Of a stretch of 64,000 bases of DNA, positions 51,500 to 64,000 are shown in pieces. The translations under genes were made by a program, and so were the position numbers. Location of the stretch: contig NC_045697.1 of NCBI RefSeq assembly GCF_009834535.1, positions 104,534,001 through 104,598,000 on the forward strand. Reading direction: 5' to 3'. The number at the start of each line of letters is the position of its first letter. Within the stretch, counting starts at the first letter, position 1. The stretch is from Camelus ferus (lineage: Eukaryota). The notes beneath the pieces were generated by a model, which did not search any database, was not told where the DNA came from, and was given only the letters and a program-made list of their open reading frames with translations.

Positions 51500-52350
51500 C
51501 TGTCTCTTAACAGAAACTAACACTGAGGACCCGCGAAGGGTCAGGCCCGGTTCTGAGTGCTTTGCCTGGAATAATTCATTTCAGACTCGCATCAGCCGTG
51601 TGGCGTGGGTTGTCGTCCCTCTGCAGTTGTCGCTCAGGCACAGTGCACGCGCGCGAGTCACGCAGGGCACCAGGCAGCCGGTTCCAGAGCGCGCTCTTCC
51701 GCGCTGTGCCTCGCCGCCGCCTTCTGTTCCGTTCCCACGGAATGCTGCCTACAGCTTCTTTAGAAACCATCACATCTGTTCTTCTGGGTACTCACTTCCG
51801 CGAGAATGGGGTCCTTTGTGCCTGTGGGGTCTGCCACCACCCTGCACATGGTGACCTGGGTGACTCTCCTTCACAATCTCACCGGAAAACAAACAAACAA
51901 AAAGCAGAGACTGATAACCACCCGCCATGCAAAGAGCTCACATGTCCGGATACTTAATTCTGTGAAGCGCTTTCTAGGGATGGACTCTTCTGTTGTCCAC
52001 AGTGACCCTCCGAAGTTGCTGCCATCACCGTTTCCATTTTCTAGAGGTGGAAACTGAGAAGCCACGAGGTTAACCAACGTGCCAAGGTCACGCGCTCTGG
52101 AACATTCTGGAACACAGCAGAGCTGGGATTTGGTCCAACCCAGGAAGTCGAGCTTCGGGGCCCACACCCTTGACTCCGCCAAGCCACTTGCTTTCAGTAA
52201 AAGGAGTGCTTCTCCGTCCCCCGGGGTCGCTGAGGGCAGCCGGCGCCGGAGTCGAGAACATCTGTGGATTTCCTGCTCTGCCCCGCGTCTGCCATGCTCT
52301 CCAAGTCCTTGTGCTGGTCGGGGGTCGTGAGGAGCCGGTCAGAGGAAGAA
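51500..52350. promoter_or_regulatory. Intronic CpG-rich region, candidate enhancer or alternative promoter (includes a MIR ~52020-52180)
   Basis: Dense CpGs (CACGCGCGCG, GAGCGCGC, CGCCGCCGCC) within an otherwise CpG-poor intron. Confidence 0.6.
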
Positions 52351-53621
52351 GTGGATGGATAGGGTCGAAGCTGTGGGTTTTCTTTTATTTATTTGATTTG
52401 ACTTCTACGAAAGCTCTGCCTCACTTCTGAAGCCATTAAAGCTAAGGAAAGAGCGAAACTCATTTCAGTCGCACAAAGTGATTTATTGGGTTTTTTGTAA
52501 CCAAATAGAGATTTGCAAGCAGCCAGAAAACATGTTCCCATGGAAAGACTGTGCTGGCCATTATAGGTTTTATTCCCATCTCAGTCTACTGTCAGAAGAT
52601 GTAGAGCATCTGTACTACAGATTCGACTGTGTACCAACTTCTACATCCCAGCCCCTCCCCCAGAAAGAAAGAAAACTTCAGAACCTGACTTTTTGAAGAC
52701 TGGTACCTGGTCCATCATGTCCAATTTCAAGTGACCCTTCAATAATCCTCACTGAGGGGAAGAGAACATTTTATTTACTTTGAGGTTTTCAGCTGTTACA
52801 GACTGTACTCATAAATCGCCCATGCCTTCCTCGGATGGGTGGGGTGAGATGAAGGGGAAGTGGAGAAGCCTTCAGCCCCACCGGATGGGCTGGAAGGAAA
52901 CTTAGCACGAAGAAAAACGCACCACTGGTTTTATTTATCCCATTATTAAGACTCCATGACAGTAACAAAGATAATGCCCAAGTTATGGCATCCACATCTG
53001 GAAGGCATAAAAAGGGGTAAATTCATACTATCCTTTTTATCATTGTCATGAAGAATTGGTACAGTTCAGTTTATGATTACAAATTACAGCACTCAAAATG
53101 CATAAATTTATGCAGTGTGTGTTTAGTGTATGAATTCTTTCGTAAGCACTGTCCCACGTGAGCATCCCCAGACGGTCACTGTACCACTGTGGCAGGTCTG
53201 AGGACCACCCCACGTAGCAAATACAGGAATGAGACCTACAGTGGGTAAGCGGCTTACCCACAGTCACAGTTAGTGACAGGTAAATCTTGTACTTGAACCT
53301 TTATGAATTGACAGTCTAACTTGGGTTTAGGGAAAGAACCTCCTTAGTTCATAGCACCAAGCTGGTGAGGCCTAGGACATGAGGCTACAACATGAGGGTC
53401 AAGCATCCCAGTTAGGTCGTCGCCTGCTCTCGGACTGCACCTTTCTGCATGGATGCCTTTAGGGGATATTGGGGTGAAAGGGATGCAAGCTGCATGGCCC
53501 CAAACCATTCTGATGTGTATTTCTTATGTCTGTATTAAAACTATTTTCTGCTCCTGCTGAACCATCTGGCTGTTAGCTATCTATCTATCTCTTTTTTTGG
53601 CTGATCATGGTATCTCTAGAG

Positions 53622-54176
53622 CAGTGGTTCTTGAAGTGTGGTTGGTTGGCCATCAGCATCACCTGGGACTCATTAGAAATGTAGGTTCTCAGGCCCCAGC
53701 TCTGACCTACTGAATCAGAAACTCTGGGGGTGGGGTCCAGTGATGTGGTTTAAGAAGCCCTCCAGATGGTTCCAATACTGCTGAAAGAGTGATTCGCAAC
53801 CTTGGCTGTACATTGGAATCACCTGGGAGCTTTAAAAACTACTGGGCTTGTGTCCCAAGTCCAGAGATTCTGATTTAATTGGCCCAGGATGGGGTTTTCA
53901 GTCTCAGCACTATTGATATTTGGGGCTGGATAATTGTTCATCAGAGGGCCTGGCCTGTGCATTGCAAGATGTTTAGCAACATCCCTGGCCTCTTCTTACC
54001 CACTAGAGCCTCCCAACAAGTCGTAATAACCAAAAATGTCTCCAGATGTTGCCAAATGTCCCCGGCGGACAGAATCACCCCCGATGAAGAGCTGTTGTCT
54101 CAGGGCATGGCCTGGACACTGGGATTTTCAAACGCTCCCTCAGTCATTCTAATGTACAGCCAAGACTGAGAACTGT
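53622..54176. mobile_element. MER5A, then MER5B-like element with a nested MER20 (~53885-54097)
   Basis: CAGTGGTTCTTGAAGTGTGG; TTGGAATCACCTGGGAGCTTT; CAGCACTATTGATATTTGGGGCTGGATAATT...AAAATGTCTCCAGA. Confidence 0.85.
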
Positions 54177-57100
54177 TACACTGGAGGGTTCCTACTAACG
54201 ATCAGCTTTGGATGTACAAGGGACAAAAAACAGAACAACTGAAAAAGAACAATAAAAGTGGGTATAAAGTGGAAACAACTCAACCTGTAGGGAAGGCTCA
54301 GGCAGTTTGCCCATGAGTAAAGCATGCGAGCTTTAGGGTGTAAATTTCACATCAACCATTTGACACCTTACGTTTTTGCTTACTTTCTGGTTGTCAGGTG
54401 TGTCCTGGAAAACTGACACCAATAGGTACATCACACATATCTAAAAGGTCCCAACCAAGTAGACACTGCTTTGTACTAAATATAGTGGTGGCCAGACATC
54501 CTGCTTTGGGATCGAGTCATTCTAAAAACAGGATGCTTGTCAGTGTATCGTGTGAGACAAGTCCGTATGTAAATCTATTTTGATTAAAAAAATATATACG
54601 GCCTGTCTGTTTCATGATGCTGATTTTGACAGAATCCAAATCAGCCACACAAATACAGAATTCCAACCTTAATTTGTGCCATTTAGTATGCTTGAGTTTT
54701 CAGGTGGAGATCAGGAACTTTATGTTTCAACTGAAGAAAAGTCCCCTAGGCTAGAATCATGGCAAGTGTCCTAGAGCAAACTCCATGCTCAGCAGGTTGC
54801 CCTGTGCTGCCTCGGTTGCTCTGTGTGTCCCTCTAGCATCCACTTGAGAACTTGACTGAACCACAGGAGGGGCGTCACCTCCAGGTGCCTGCTCTGTAGC
54901 TCTTAGCAAGCTGGACAGTCTCATCACTGCGCCAAGTGAGGAGTCTCCAGGCAGAGTTTGGCAGCCCCTTTTCTCGCAGATTCTTGATAGAACTGTAGTC
55001 TCCCACCTCCTCCAATAACTAGTTGGCAGCTGCATTGTTTGTTTCAACATAAAAGAGTGGAAACACTACTTTCGGATATTGTTAAATGACTTCAAAATAG
55101 AAAGTAAATTATAAGATGAATGTGTTTTCTGGGGAAAATTTTGTCTTAGTCTAATTTCAAAGTGTGAAAATATTTCCCAATATTAATGAGCTGAACTCAT
55201 TAATTCATTCAACACTTACTATGTACTAGGTACTCTGTAATGCCCTTGGAAGTTATAAATATGAGGGTTACATAATAGCACAGACCCTTTCATGGCAATA
55301 ATAAGCTGTTACTGCTCCAAGGTGCCAGATTACCCTTAAGCTAATCTGACTTGTTAGTTTATCAGACTAGTTTGGTTTTTCTTTCACTGAATTGATAATA
55401 GCTTGTTAACATTAGTGAAATCAACTAAGTTCTTTTGCCATGGTCTGTTTATGCTAAACAGTTCTTTATCTTTTCCTATTCCACTCTAAATTGTTTCCTC
55501 CACATGCTTTTAAAAATCAAAACCTTTTCTTAGGCAATAGAAAAGAAATCTGCTTCCCAGAAACCTGCTCTAGGAAAAAAGATCATAAAAGACGATTAAA
55601 AGGTATTATTTCCATATGTTCTCAGTTGTTCAAAAAAAAAGAAAGGATCTGCTTTTATGTACACAAGAGGTTTTCTAAAAGAAAACACAATTTACAATTA
55701 ACAGTGGTTGCCCTGGGGCAGGGAATTAAGGGGCTTTGAATGGAAGGCAGACTTGCTTTTCATTATATAAGTTTTTATACAGCTTAATCTTTATTATTTT
55801 ATGTATTGCATTTCCCATTTTAAACACTAATAAATAACAGAAAGGATGCATTTCCAGTAATCTTTCATTAGCTCCAAAATACCTCTTCCAAATAAGAGAA
55901 AAACAAATGAGCTCTACTCTATGCCTCTTTGATGCCTTCCTATTGTATATGTTTTCTTGTTAAGACAGAGTGAGCTGAAAAGAGTCTTTGAATCTGATTA
56001 CTCCAACATTGTTTCCATGAAAGAGGTTAACAAGCAAGTCCTGCTTAAGATTGGGTAGTTAAGCAGGGCCTCTTTGAGAAAGCCGGCTTTAATCAGAAAG
56101 AGGCGAAGTTGCCTGAAGGCAGGGACCTAATTTCCTGCTGGCAGCATGAGAACAGTTACTGTCCACACATCCCTTCAGAATGAAGTGGACATAGGTCAGG
56201 GAGGTCTACACCGTGATTGTACCTAAAAATTGCCCCCAATGATTTCTTTCATTCTCCTTTGTTTATAATTCCCAAGAAGAATCAATGCTGGCAAAGAAGA
56301 AGAAAAAGAACAATAAAAATAACCAAACACCTATTTGTGTCAAAGAAAGACAATTCTGTTATCACCAATTTCATAATAACTTCCCCAGAGTCCTTGCATT
56401 ACACCTACTCCTAATTAAAAGTTTAAGCAAACATGAAAAAGGAAAAAAAATTTCAATTGAGATTGCAAAGACCTGAAACAATGCATATTTAGTTGTGGGT
56501 TTTCTAGATCATTTTTCTTAGTACTTGTTACTTAGACCTTCACAGGATTTCAGAGTCTCCCTTGTTAAGCCAGAAACACCCTTTTCTTTTCTCTCACTGT
56601 TGGATGAGTGAATTGGGAAATCCATCCATGTGGATTTCAGGATCCTCTGTCTCCGGGAATGAACCATAACTGGTTGTTCAACTGTTCCAAAGAACATCCT
56701 GTAACAATCCCAACACATTTTAATTACATCTTTCTAGTCTTTAGTGGAGAATTACAGTTCTGGAACAAAATACTAAACTCTCATTCTATAAAAAGTTATT
56801 TTTCAAGTTTTCTATTCTCTATAGAGGGTGATTCATCCCAGAAATAATGTTTTATGTCTTTACTTGCATCAAACATTAATAACTAGCAATCAGCAGTAGT
56901 ATAACTATTTTTTAGTTTCGTGAAAACTATCAGAGTTTAGGGCAGCGTTTTTGTGAAGAGCCCACTGGTTGTCCTTGGACAAAAGTTTATGTGGAAATTC
57001 TGAGAAGACACCAACCATGACTGGTTAGAGTGAGAGGAAAAAGACAGAATTGGATTGAAGAAAAAGGTCTTTTAGAAGAATTACTCAAAAGAAAAGGAAA

Positions 57101-58119
57101 TATGTTTGAAAGCCAAAAAGAGAGAACATCTGAAATTAAGTCATAAAGGGTCTTAGCCATAAAAATACAATTCTAGAGAATCCTGTGTTACTAAATTCTC
57201 AAAATGCATAGATTCTGATTTTCTATTTCTGGGGTACTGATTTTCTCATCCTTTTTCCATGGACTCATGTTAATGAGCACGTCGACTATGAAAATAAACC
57301 TCATGTAACCTTTAGACATGGCAGAATGAAATTGGAAGTTCAACTTAGAGTTACTATGGCAATAGGCACTTTCCAAAAAAAAGAAGACAAGAGAAATTTG
57401 TCAAGTTAGTACAGTATTATTTCCTATTAAGTAGAGTAAGTTTAAATTCTAAGTCACTGAGCAAAAATGAGAAAGGAAATCAATACCACTGTACTCTTGA
57501 AAAGGCATCATATATTCAGCAGGGACTTCCTTCTGTCTTTTAGGTAACTGAGTTATTATTTAAGTCCATGATTCTAGTGCAATACCTAATTAGATAAATA
57601 ATCAGCAACTCACAGAAGATTTATGTTCTTGCTACTTACCACAGCCACTGGAGGGTACTCACCCTCTCCTTGGAAAAACAAATTTAAATTGTCAACATGG
57701 AAGAACAGATGTTCCTGCAAATGCTACAAACAGATCACAGTAACCACATTTTCCTCTATGAGAAGGGAATTCTGAGCCCAAATCAAGACAGGCCACTGGT
57801 ATCACACCTGCAGAAGCAGTGGCAGCCCGTTAAGCATGGAGGAAAAGTAAGTTCCAAGTGGCTTTAGGTGACACCCAGCTGGCGAAGTCAGTACCTCCTA
57901 AACCACGTTTCCCTGGCGTTCTCCCTAACACCTTATTCAGAGCTTTGGCTCTTTGTCAGGCGTTAATAGAATCTCCCAATGGCACGAGTTGAAAATGACT
58001 CACGTTACTCATGGTTTCCTAAGAATGGATCAGAAATGACTGCCTGCTTCTTGGTTAAGCTGTCATCCAAACCCCCAACTGTTGCTCCTCTTTGCCAGAG
58101 AGCCCATGGGGCATGGGGG

Positions 58120-58499
58120 AGGGAGGGAGAGGGAAAGAGGAAGGAAGAGAAAGAGAGAGAGAGACAGAGAGAGACAGAGAGAGGTGTGGGGTTGTTAGTT
58201 TCTATGGGCTTTGTAACTTCATAGGCTAACAAGTGGGAGGATTATTCCAACTACTTTGGGGAAGGGGCTGGGATTCCCAGGAATTGGGCCATCGCCTACT
58301 TTTTGACCTTTTATGGTCAGCCTTGAAACTGTTGTGACTGGCATGGCACCTGGGGAAGTACCATTTAACATGCTATTATATTTTAATGAGCGTATATTGA
58401 AGCTTAAGGTCTACTCAGAGTTGCATCTTCTGCATCTTGGTGCTGATTGCTGTGTCATTCTTTTAATGATTGTGCCCTGCCCTCTTCCCTCCTATCTCA
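58120..58499 (-). mobile_element. ERV1 LTR, MER41-like (left boundary unresolved)
   Basis: Minus strand starts TGAGATAGGAGGGAAGAGGGCAGGGCACAA, resembling artiodactyl MER41-like LTRs as recalled. Followed by a GA microsatellite. Confidence 0.7.
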
Positions 58500-58689
58500 A
58501 TTCTCCACATTTTTCAGGATTAAAAAATTGCTGAGAATTTAAAATATGAAAAAAAAATTAATGATGATAATACTCTACTGCTACCACACTGAGAAGGATG
58601 ATGAATGATAAAACGTAGATGTTCAGAAGCCTGTAAACGTCGGTGTATCCTGTGCTTGCCGTTTCTTACCTCGCTGTCTCCTTTTTCAG

Positions 58690-58817
58690 CTGCTGGCTGG
58701 CCGCTGGCCTTTTGATCACAATGACTTTGGCGTATTTCTCTGCAAGTTGTTCCCCTTTTTGCAGAAGTCCTCAGTGGGGATCACCGTCCTCAACCTCTGT
58801 GCTCTCAGCGTTGACAG
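58690..58817 (+). CDS. EDNRA: EDNRA exon 3 (ECL1 and TM3 up to the DRY motif)
   Basis: Acceptor CTCCTTTTTCAG ends 58689. 128 nt reading [42 protein letters not shown](R). Donor AG|GTAACC at 58818. In frame with exon 2 and absent from the ORF track. Confidence 0.97.
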
Positions 58818-60465
58818 GTAACCTGGTTCTTGCCCTCCATTCTTTTGTTGGGTTTAGAAAAGCATTTTTCTCAGAATGAAGTCAAGGAGCCTTAAGAATT
58901 GGTGCCGAGGACAGTTGCTCATTAGTTCCAAGGAATTAAAATGTGAACAATCTTGCTCTACTGTTTAGAATTGCTTTATGCAGTTGCTGGTTACTAGCCA
59001 TCTTTGGTTCAGGCAATTTGTGCCTAGAGCATTTCGCCAACTATATCCATCTGGCATCTCTGTGGCAACAAAGGAAAACTGAACATGTTAGATGGAATGA
59101 ACTTTGGAAAAGGAAATTCTAGGACATCCATATCCTGTATTTTCAATGGTAGATTTCTCATTTTAAAAAAAAAGAAGAAAACTATTCAATCATATTTATA
59201 ACGCTGACTACTTAAACTGAGTGGTGAGAGCTCAGTATCGTAATGTTCTCTATGCTTTTTTGAATATGTGAAATGCTTCCTAATTTTTAGAAAGTGGACA
59301 ACACAAGCACCCCTTGATCCAGCTCTGAAAAACCCATCAAGTGTCTCTAAGTCTTTCCAGAATTCTCCTCACACGTGGATGTCAAGACTTCTCTAAATAA
59401 GTCCTTCTGAATTCCACGAGCTTCTAGATGGTTCTTTGTATACCTCCTAATTTTTGTAGCAGGAATGATAAAAAATGAAGCTAGGAACTCTAACGCATTT
59501 TGCAGTGCTCTTTTATATTGAATATAATCCTTTGCAAATACTGTTTAATGTCCTATTTAATGGTTTACCTACAGTTTAGAAGAGGTGTTCACTTTTCCTT
59601 TCACACTCTGACAATCACTTTATTAGAGCACTTGAGTCCCATAATTATAGATATAAAGACCCATTTTCTTAAAGAAAATTTAAGTCTTTACAGACATTCT
59701 GTTATTTATCACTTACAATTAATTTTCAGGACCAAAACTGTTATAGTTAAAACATAAAAACACTCATCCCACGGGTAGTAGAAAATTATAATGGCATCCT
59801 TGTTGTAAATGTGTGATTCTAATGATTGTGAAACAGCAAAATGGTTAGTAGTGTTATTAAAGATATATTTATTGCTGAAATTAAAACAAAAATAATTCCA
59901 TTAGCAGTTTAAACTGCAGTGTTGCTGTTGACAGAAATGCCACCACTGCAGTGGTAAACACAAAGAAATAATTTCATCACCTATTAGTAAGGATTCTCAG
60001 TGATTCCCAGGAAAACCTGACGTCTACATAGGTTTCTTTTGCATCAAATCAGATGTTCAGGGCTGTTGCATAAAAACATTTACATACCGTAGGTGGCCAT
60101 GAATCACTTCCACTTGACAGATAATAAACTATGTTACTTGTGGCCATGCCCTAAAAAAAAAAAAAAGGAAATCTTTTATAATCTGGATTTTATTCATTAA
60201 CAACTTCACACTGCTTTTCTCACCCTAGCACCCCAATAGCGTCTTTTCTTCTTGTAGCCAAAGTATTGTATTATCTAAAAATCAAAGCCATTAAATTACA
60301 TCTATTACATTACTAACACATGTAAAAATGTTTTCCTGCATTTATCAAATTGTATATTTAGAGATGTAACTATGTATTCTCATTACAATATCCAATTAAA
60401 ATTTTTAATTATAATATACCTTTAAAACCCATGTGAGGAGAAGAAATAAGAAAATAATCATGACA

Positions 60466-60638
60466 GGGGTAGGGTGTAGCTCAGTGGTAGAGTGCAGGCT
60501 TACCATGCACAAGGTCCTGGGTTCAATCCCCACTACCTCCACCAAAAAAAAAAAAAAAATAATAATAATAATTAATTAATTAATTTAAAAATAAATAAGT
60601 AAACCTAATTACCCCTCCCCCCAAAAAAAAAAACAAAA
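60466..60638 (+). mobile_element. tRNA-derived SINE, copy 7
   Basis: 18-bp TSD AAGAAAATAATCATG(A/C)CA at 60448 and 60639. Confidence 0.92.
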
Positions 60639-60944
60639 AAGAAAATAATCATGCCAATTTTAAAAAGAATTCTGTTTCCTATATGCATGGTCTTCCTATG
60701 ATATTCTTAAATGTTATAAAGCTACACTTTTAAAACAGTGTGGTCCACACGCATAAATACACTGCCATGTCAATGGGAAAGACAGAAACAGGTGTTAGAG
60801 TGTACAGGAACAGAGTATAGGCTGAAATCACTTTCATTGTAATGAGGAAGGGAAAGATTCATCAATAAATAGTGCTATTTACCATCTGGAGGGAAAAACA
60901 TGTTAAACTCTTATCTTGTACTATATATCAAAAATAATAATGTT

Positions 60945-61140
60945 TATAATTGTTACCATTTATTGTGCATTAGTATGTACCAGACCCCATTAAACATACT
61001 TTCCAGACATATTTTATCTTTACAGCAACACCTGTGATAATTGGTGCATAATTGTTCCCTTTTTACAGACGAAGAAGCTGAGGTTGAAAGAAGTTAATCA
61101 AGGCTACTCAGCTTCTAAGTTCTGGAGCCAGTAATCAAAT
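60945..61140 (-). mobile_element. MIR SINE
   Basis: TTTTACAGACGAAGAAGCTGAGG. Confidence 0.7.
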
Positions 61141-61179
61141 AAAAGTTGCCTGTGTTCCTACCCGCTATGCTCAAGCATG

Positions 61180-61900
61180 CAAAAACTCAAACTATAAAGC
61201 AATAGAAGAAAATAGACTACTATCTTTTTGATTTCTAGAAAAAAGAAGACTTTTTGAACTTAAAAAGGATGGTAGAAATTCTGAATGAAACTATACATGT
61301 ATTTTGGGACATGGAATTTTAAAACATTAAGATCAAACATTCATAAAATTAGAAAACAAAGCAAGAGATTGGGGAAAATACTTGCAGCAAAACTACAACC
61401 TGTTAATATTCATGGTATTTAAAGAGGTCACACAAATAGTAATTAAATCTTAAGACTTCCTTATAAAAAGGGCATGAAGGGGGTTATAGCTCAATGGTAG
61501 ATCGCATGCTTACACGCACAAGGTCCTGGGTTCTATCCCCACTACCTCCATTAAAAAGAGGGAGGCATGAATATAAAAATCACCAAAGAAGAAATTAAAA
61601 TGACTAATTAACATATGAATAATGTTCATATAATCAAAGAAATTCATATTAAAAAGCATGTTTTTCAGTATCTGGTGGTGGTAGAGATTGGAACAGCCCT
61701 TCCAGAAAGTAAAGTTCTACATATGTGTTTGCCTCCTGACCCAGTAATTACAGTTTTTAGGATCAATTCTAAGGAAACAATCCAAAATTTGAACAAAGAA
61801 TTCTTGTGCAAAGATGTTCTACAAGTTCATTTACAGAAAACGTTGAAAGCAACCTTGTATTAATTAGGGAAATGGATAAGGATGTTAAATATAATTTGTA
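61180..61900 (+). mobile_element. Old L1 ORF2 relic
   Basis: AAACTATAAAGCAATAGAAGAAAATA, GATTGGGGAAAATACTTGCA, TGACCCAGTAATTACAGTTTTAGGA. Confidence 0.65.
61479..61557 (+). mobile_element. Short tRNA-derived SINE, copy 8
   Basis: TATAGCTCAATGGTAG...GGTCCTGGGTTCTATCCCC, flanked by GGCATGAA repeats. Confidence 0.85.
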
Positions 61901-62729
61901 TGTATGGGTATATGAATTTAAAATTCCTTGAAAGAAATTGTTAAGTATTATCAGTAGTTTTGTCAAGGGATGGGGTGATGGGTTTTTGTAACCTTCTACA
62001 AGCAGAAAAAAATCTCTGCAAGTTTGTTTACTTCTATTATCCAGTACCCATTTTCCTTATTTACTTTATGCCATTCTATACATTTTATTTTTCTCATTTT
62101 CCCAGCTCATTTCTATGACCTTTATTTTATATTAGCACTAATTTTCTATGTCTGGTCAGTTCTCAAACACAAGCACATACAGCACATTGACATGAATACA
62201 AAGGCCTGTGTCCGGGGAGAAAAATACATGTATGTGCCTAGCTCAGAGTTACTTCCATGCCTACCTACTCTTGCCTTTACAAGAGTGCCATCAAATTTGG
62301 GGAAATATCATGTTATTAAACAATTAAACTCGATCCCAAAGGTTACGTAAAAACTAGGATGATAATGAGTTTTAGAAAAGAGTCACTCAGCGTTCTAAAA
62401 GCACTGCGCCTCTGGGGAAACATCTAACTGAACCCAGACAAGAATGGGAGAAAAACAAGAGTGAGGAACAGAAGGATAAAGACAAGGCAGTTGCTTGGCT
62501 CCTATAAATAGTAAAACGTATTTTAAGGCAGCCAGGTATAGTCCCCTGAGGAGAGAGCCATTGACGAAAAGGAGGAAAGGATTTGCTTGGTTTGATAAGC
62601 AGTACCTGCAACTTTTCCTCCCTGCAGTACATGTTCAAAATCTAGAGTAGCTGCTGTACATCGTGTGACATGGCCTGGGAAGGGTCCCTTTCATAGTTCA
62701 TATGAATCTGTTCGATACATTTTTTCTTT

Positions 62730-62833
62730 TTTCTTTTTTCCCCTCTTAACGGAGGCACTGGGGATTGACCTCAGGACTTTGTGCATGCCAAGCATGCAGT
62801 GCAGTCTACCCCTGAGCTATACTCCTGACCCCC
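62730..62833 (-). mobile_element. tRNA-derived SINE, copy 9
   Basis: GGGGATTGACCTCAGGAC...CTGAGCTATAC, flanked by ATACAT...TTCTT repeats. Confidence 0.85.
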
Positions 62834-64000
62834 AATACATCTATTCTTGATGAAAAATACTATAGGGCACTATATCATGAATTATCCCTGAATTGGAAAG
62901 CATAATTCATAATTTAATTCAACAGGGAGACTTGTTGGGAATGGTATGATGGACAGACATGAAAAATAAGTCTCGGTTGTTTTCCTGTAGGAGTCTCCAT
63001 TGTTGTGAAGACACTGACCTGGGAATGAGGGAGAATGAAATGTATTGTGGAGGTGTTCAGGGGGTGGATTTCCCAAACCACCTACATCATCAAAACCCTC
63101 CATTCCTTCGCTAGCTCACATGTTCCGCCCCCACTATCCTCCTTGGGTTAATCTCAGAGGACTGTCTTGCTGAACTTCAGTCTCCCCAGTATAAGCCACC
63201 CCTGTGAGCAGGGGAGAGCGGTAGGGAGCAGGGAGGAGACAATCGGACTGGAAGTGGGGGCATTAGGTCATAAATTCCAATCTCTGGAGTAGATTGACCT
63301 CACCCATACGATGTCCTCCCCTCTCTCAGGCATGGAGAAAAACTAACTAAATGTTCAATCACAAATGATCAGTTATGTATCTAATGAAATATTCTTGGTT
63401 TGGAAAAAAAAAGAAAAAAAAAGAATGCCAAGCGTCTTTTCATTAAGATTTGCTCCCAGTTTTAGATCAAGGAGATGAACCATTTTAACATTCCACTTTC
63501 ACAAAAATCTGCCTTAACCCAGGAGGTTTTTTCTTGGTAGTAAATTCATTGTCATTGCCTGGGGCCTTTATTAATTTTGCGTTTCATTGGGTACTGACTC
63601 CCAACTTTGGGACCTTTACTGAGGGAATCTATTTTAACATTTCTATTTCAAATCTTTCACACTAGAGAATGAATCATTCACACTTAATTCCTGAAGTTTC
63701 TAGATACCATTTGCTTTGAGTCTTGATTCAGTTGCACTGTATTCTACTAAAAATAAGAGAATCCCTTTTTTAAAAAAATAAAGCAAGGAGTAAAAAGAGG
63801 GAAATTGGAACCTGTTACAAAACAATTTCCAACTTGGGAATCCCTGCTTTCATTTTATGGGCTGAATCAAATTATGGGTCAGGAAGAGCTCCCAGGATTT
63901 TTTTGTATTTTCTTTCAAATATGATACTTATCGCTCATTTCAGAGTTGTTGTTTTTGAGGGAAAATAAAAAGTATCTGTACATCCAAGTTCTGTACAGTT

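Larger units (their letters stand above)
26061..58689 (+). other. EDNRA: EDNRA intron 2 (32,629 bp)
   Basis: GT...AG boundaries between two in-frame exons. Confidence 0.93.

Noticed and set aside
51562..52430. Short ORFs in the intronic CpG-rich region
   Set aside because: Multiple frames, no recognisable homology, explained by GC content
58643..58879. 78-aa hydrophobic ORF over exon 3
   Set aside because: Different frame from EDNRA, with a non-ATG start inside the intron
1..64000. CRISPR array, operon or novel multi-gene system
   Set aside because: Vertebrate intron/intergenic DNA with no regularly spaced repeat-spacer array or gene cluster

Overview
Mammalian genomic DNA, probably camelid (inferred from nine copies of a tRNA-derived SINE starting GGGGAGGGTATAGCTCAGTGGTAGAG and from the L1 3' ends). 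It carries the 5' half of the endothelin receptor type A gene EDNRA on the + strand. The gene parts are a CpG-island promoter with non-coding exon 1 (~21.06-21.49 kb), coding exon 2 (25571-26060, ATG 25641), a 32.6-kb intron 2 and coding exon 3 (58690-58817). Later exons lie beyond the window. The rest is intergenic or intronic sequence dense with L1, L2, MIR, tRNA-SINEs, MaLR/ERV LTRs and hAT DNA transposons. Apart from EDNRA and L1 ORF2 relics, the supplied ORFs look spurious. I see no convincing new multi-gene system. The best second-look items are an L1 3' transduction just upstream of the promoter, a polyadenylated non-L1 mini-retrocopy inside an L1, a poly(A)-only insertion between 20-bp TSDs, an in-frame upstream ATG in EDNRA, an intronic CpG-rich candidate enhancer with overlapping RBPJ/TEAD motifs, a MER41-like LTR with STAT-like motifs beside exon 3, and a templated duplication inside an MLT1 LTR. 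Repeat family names and human comparisons are from memory, not from a database search.
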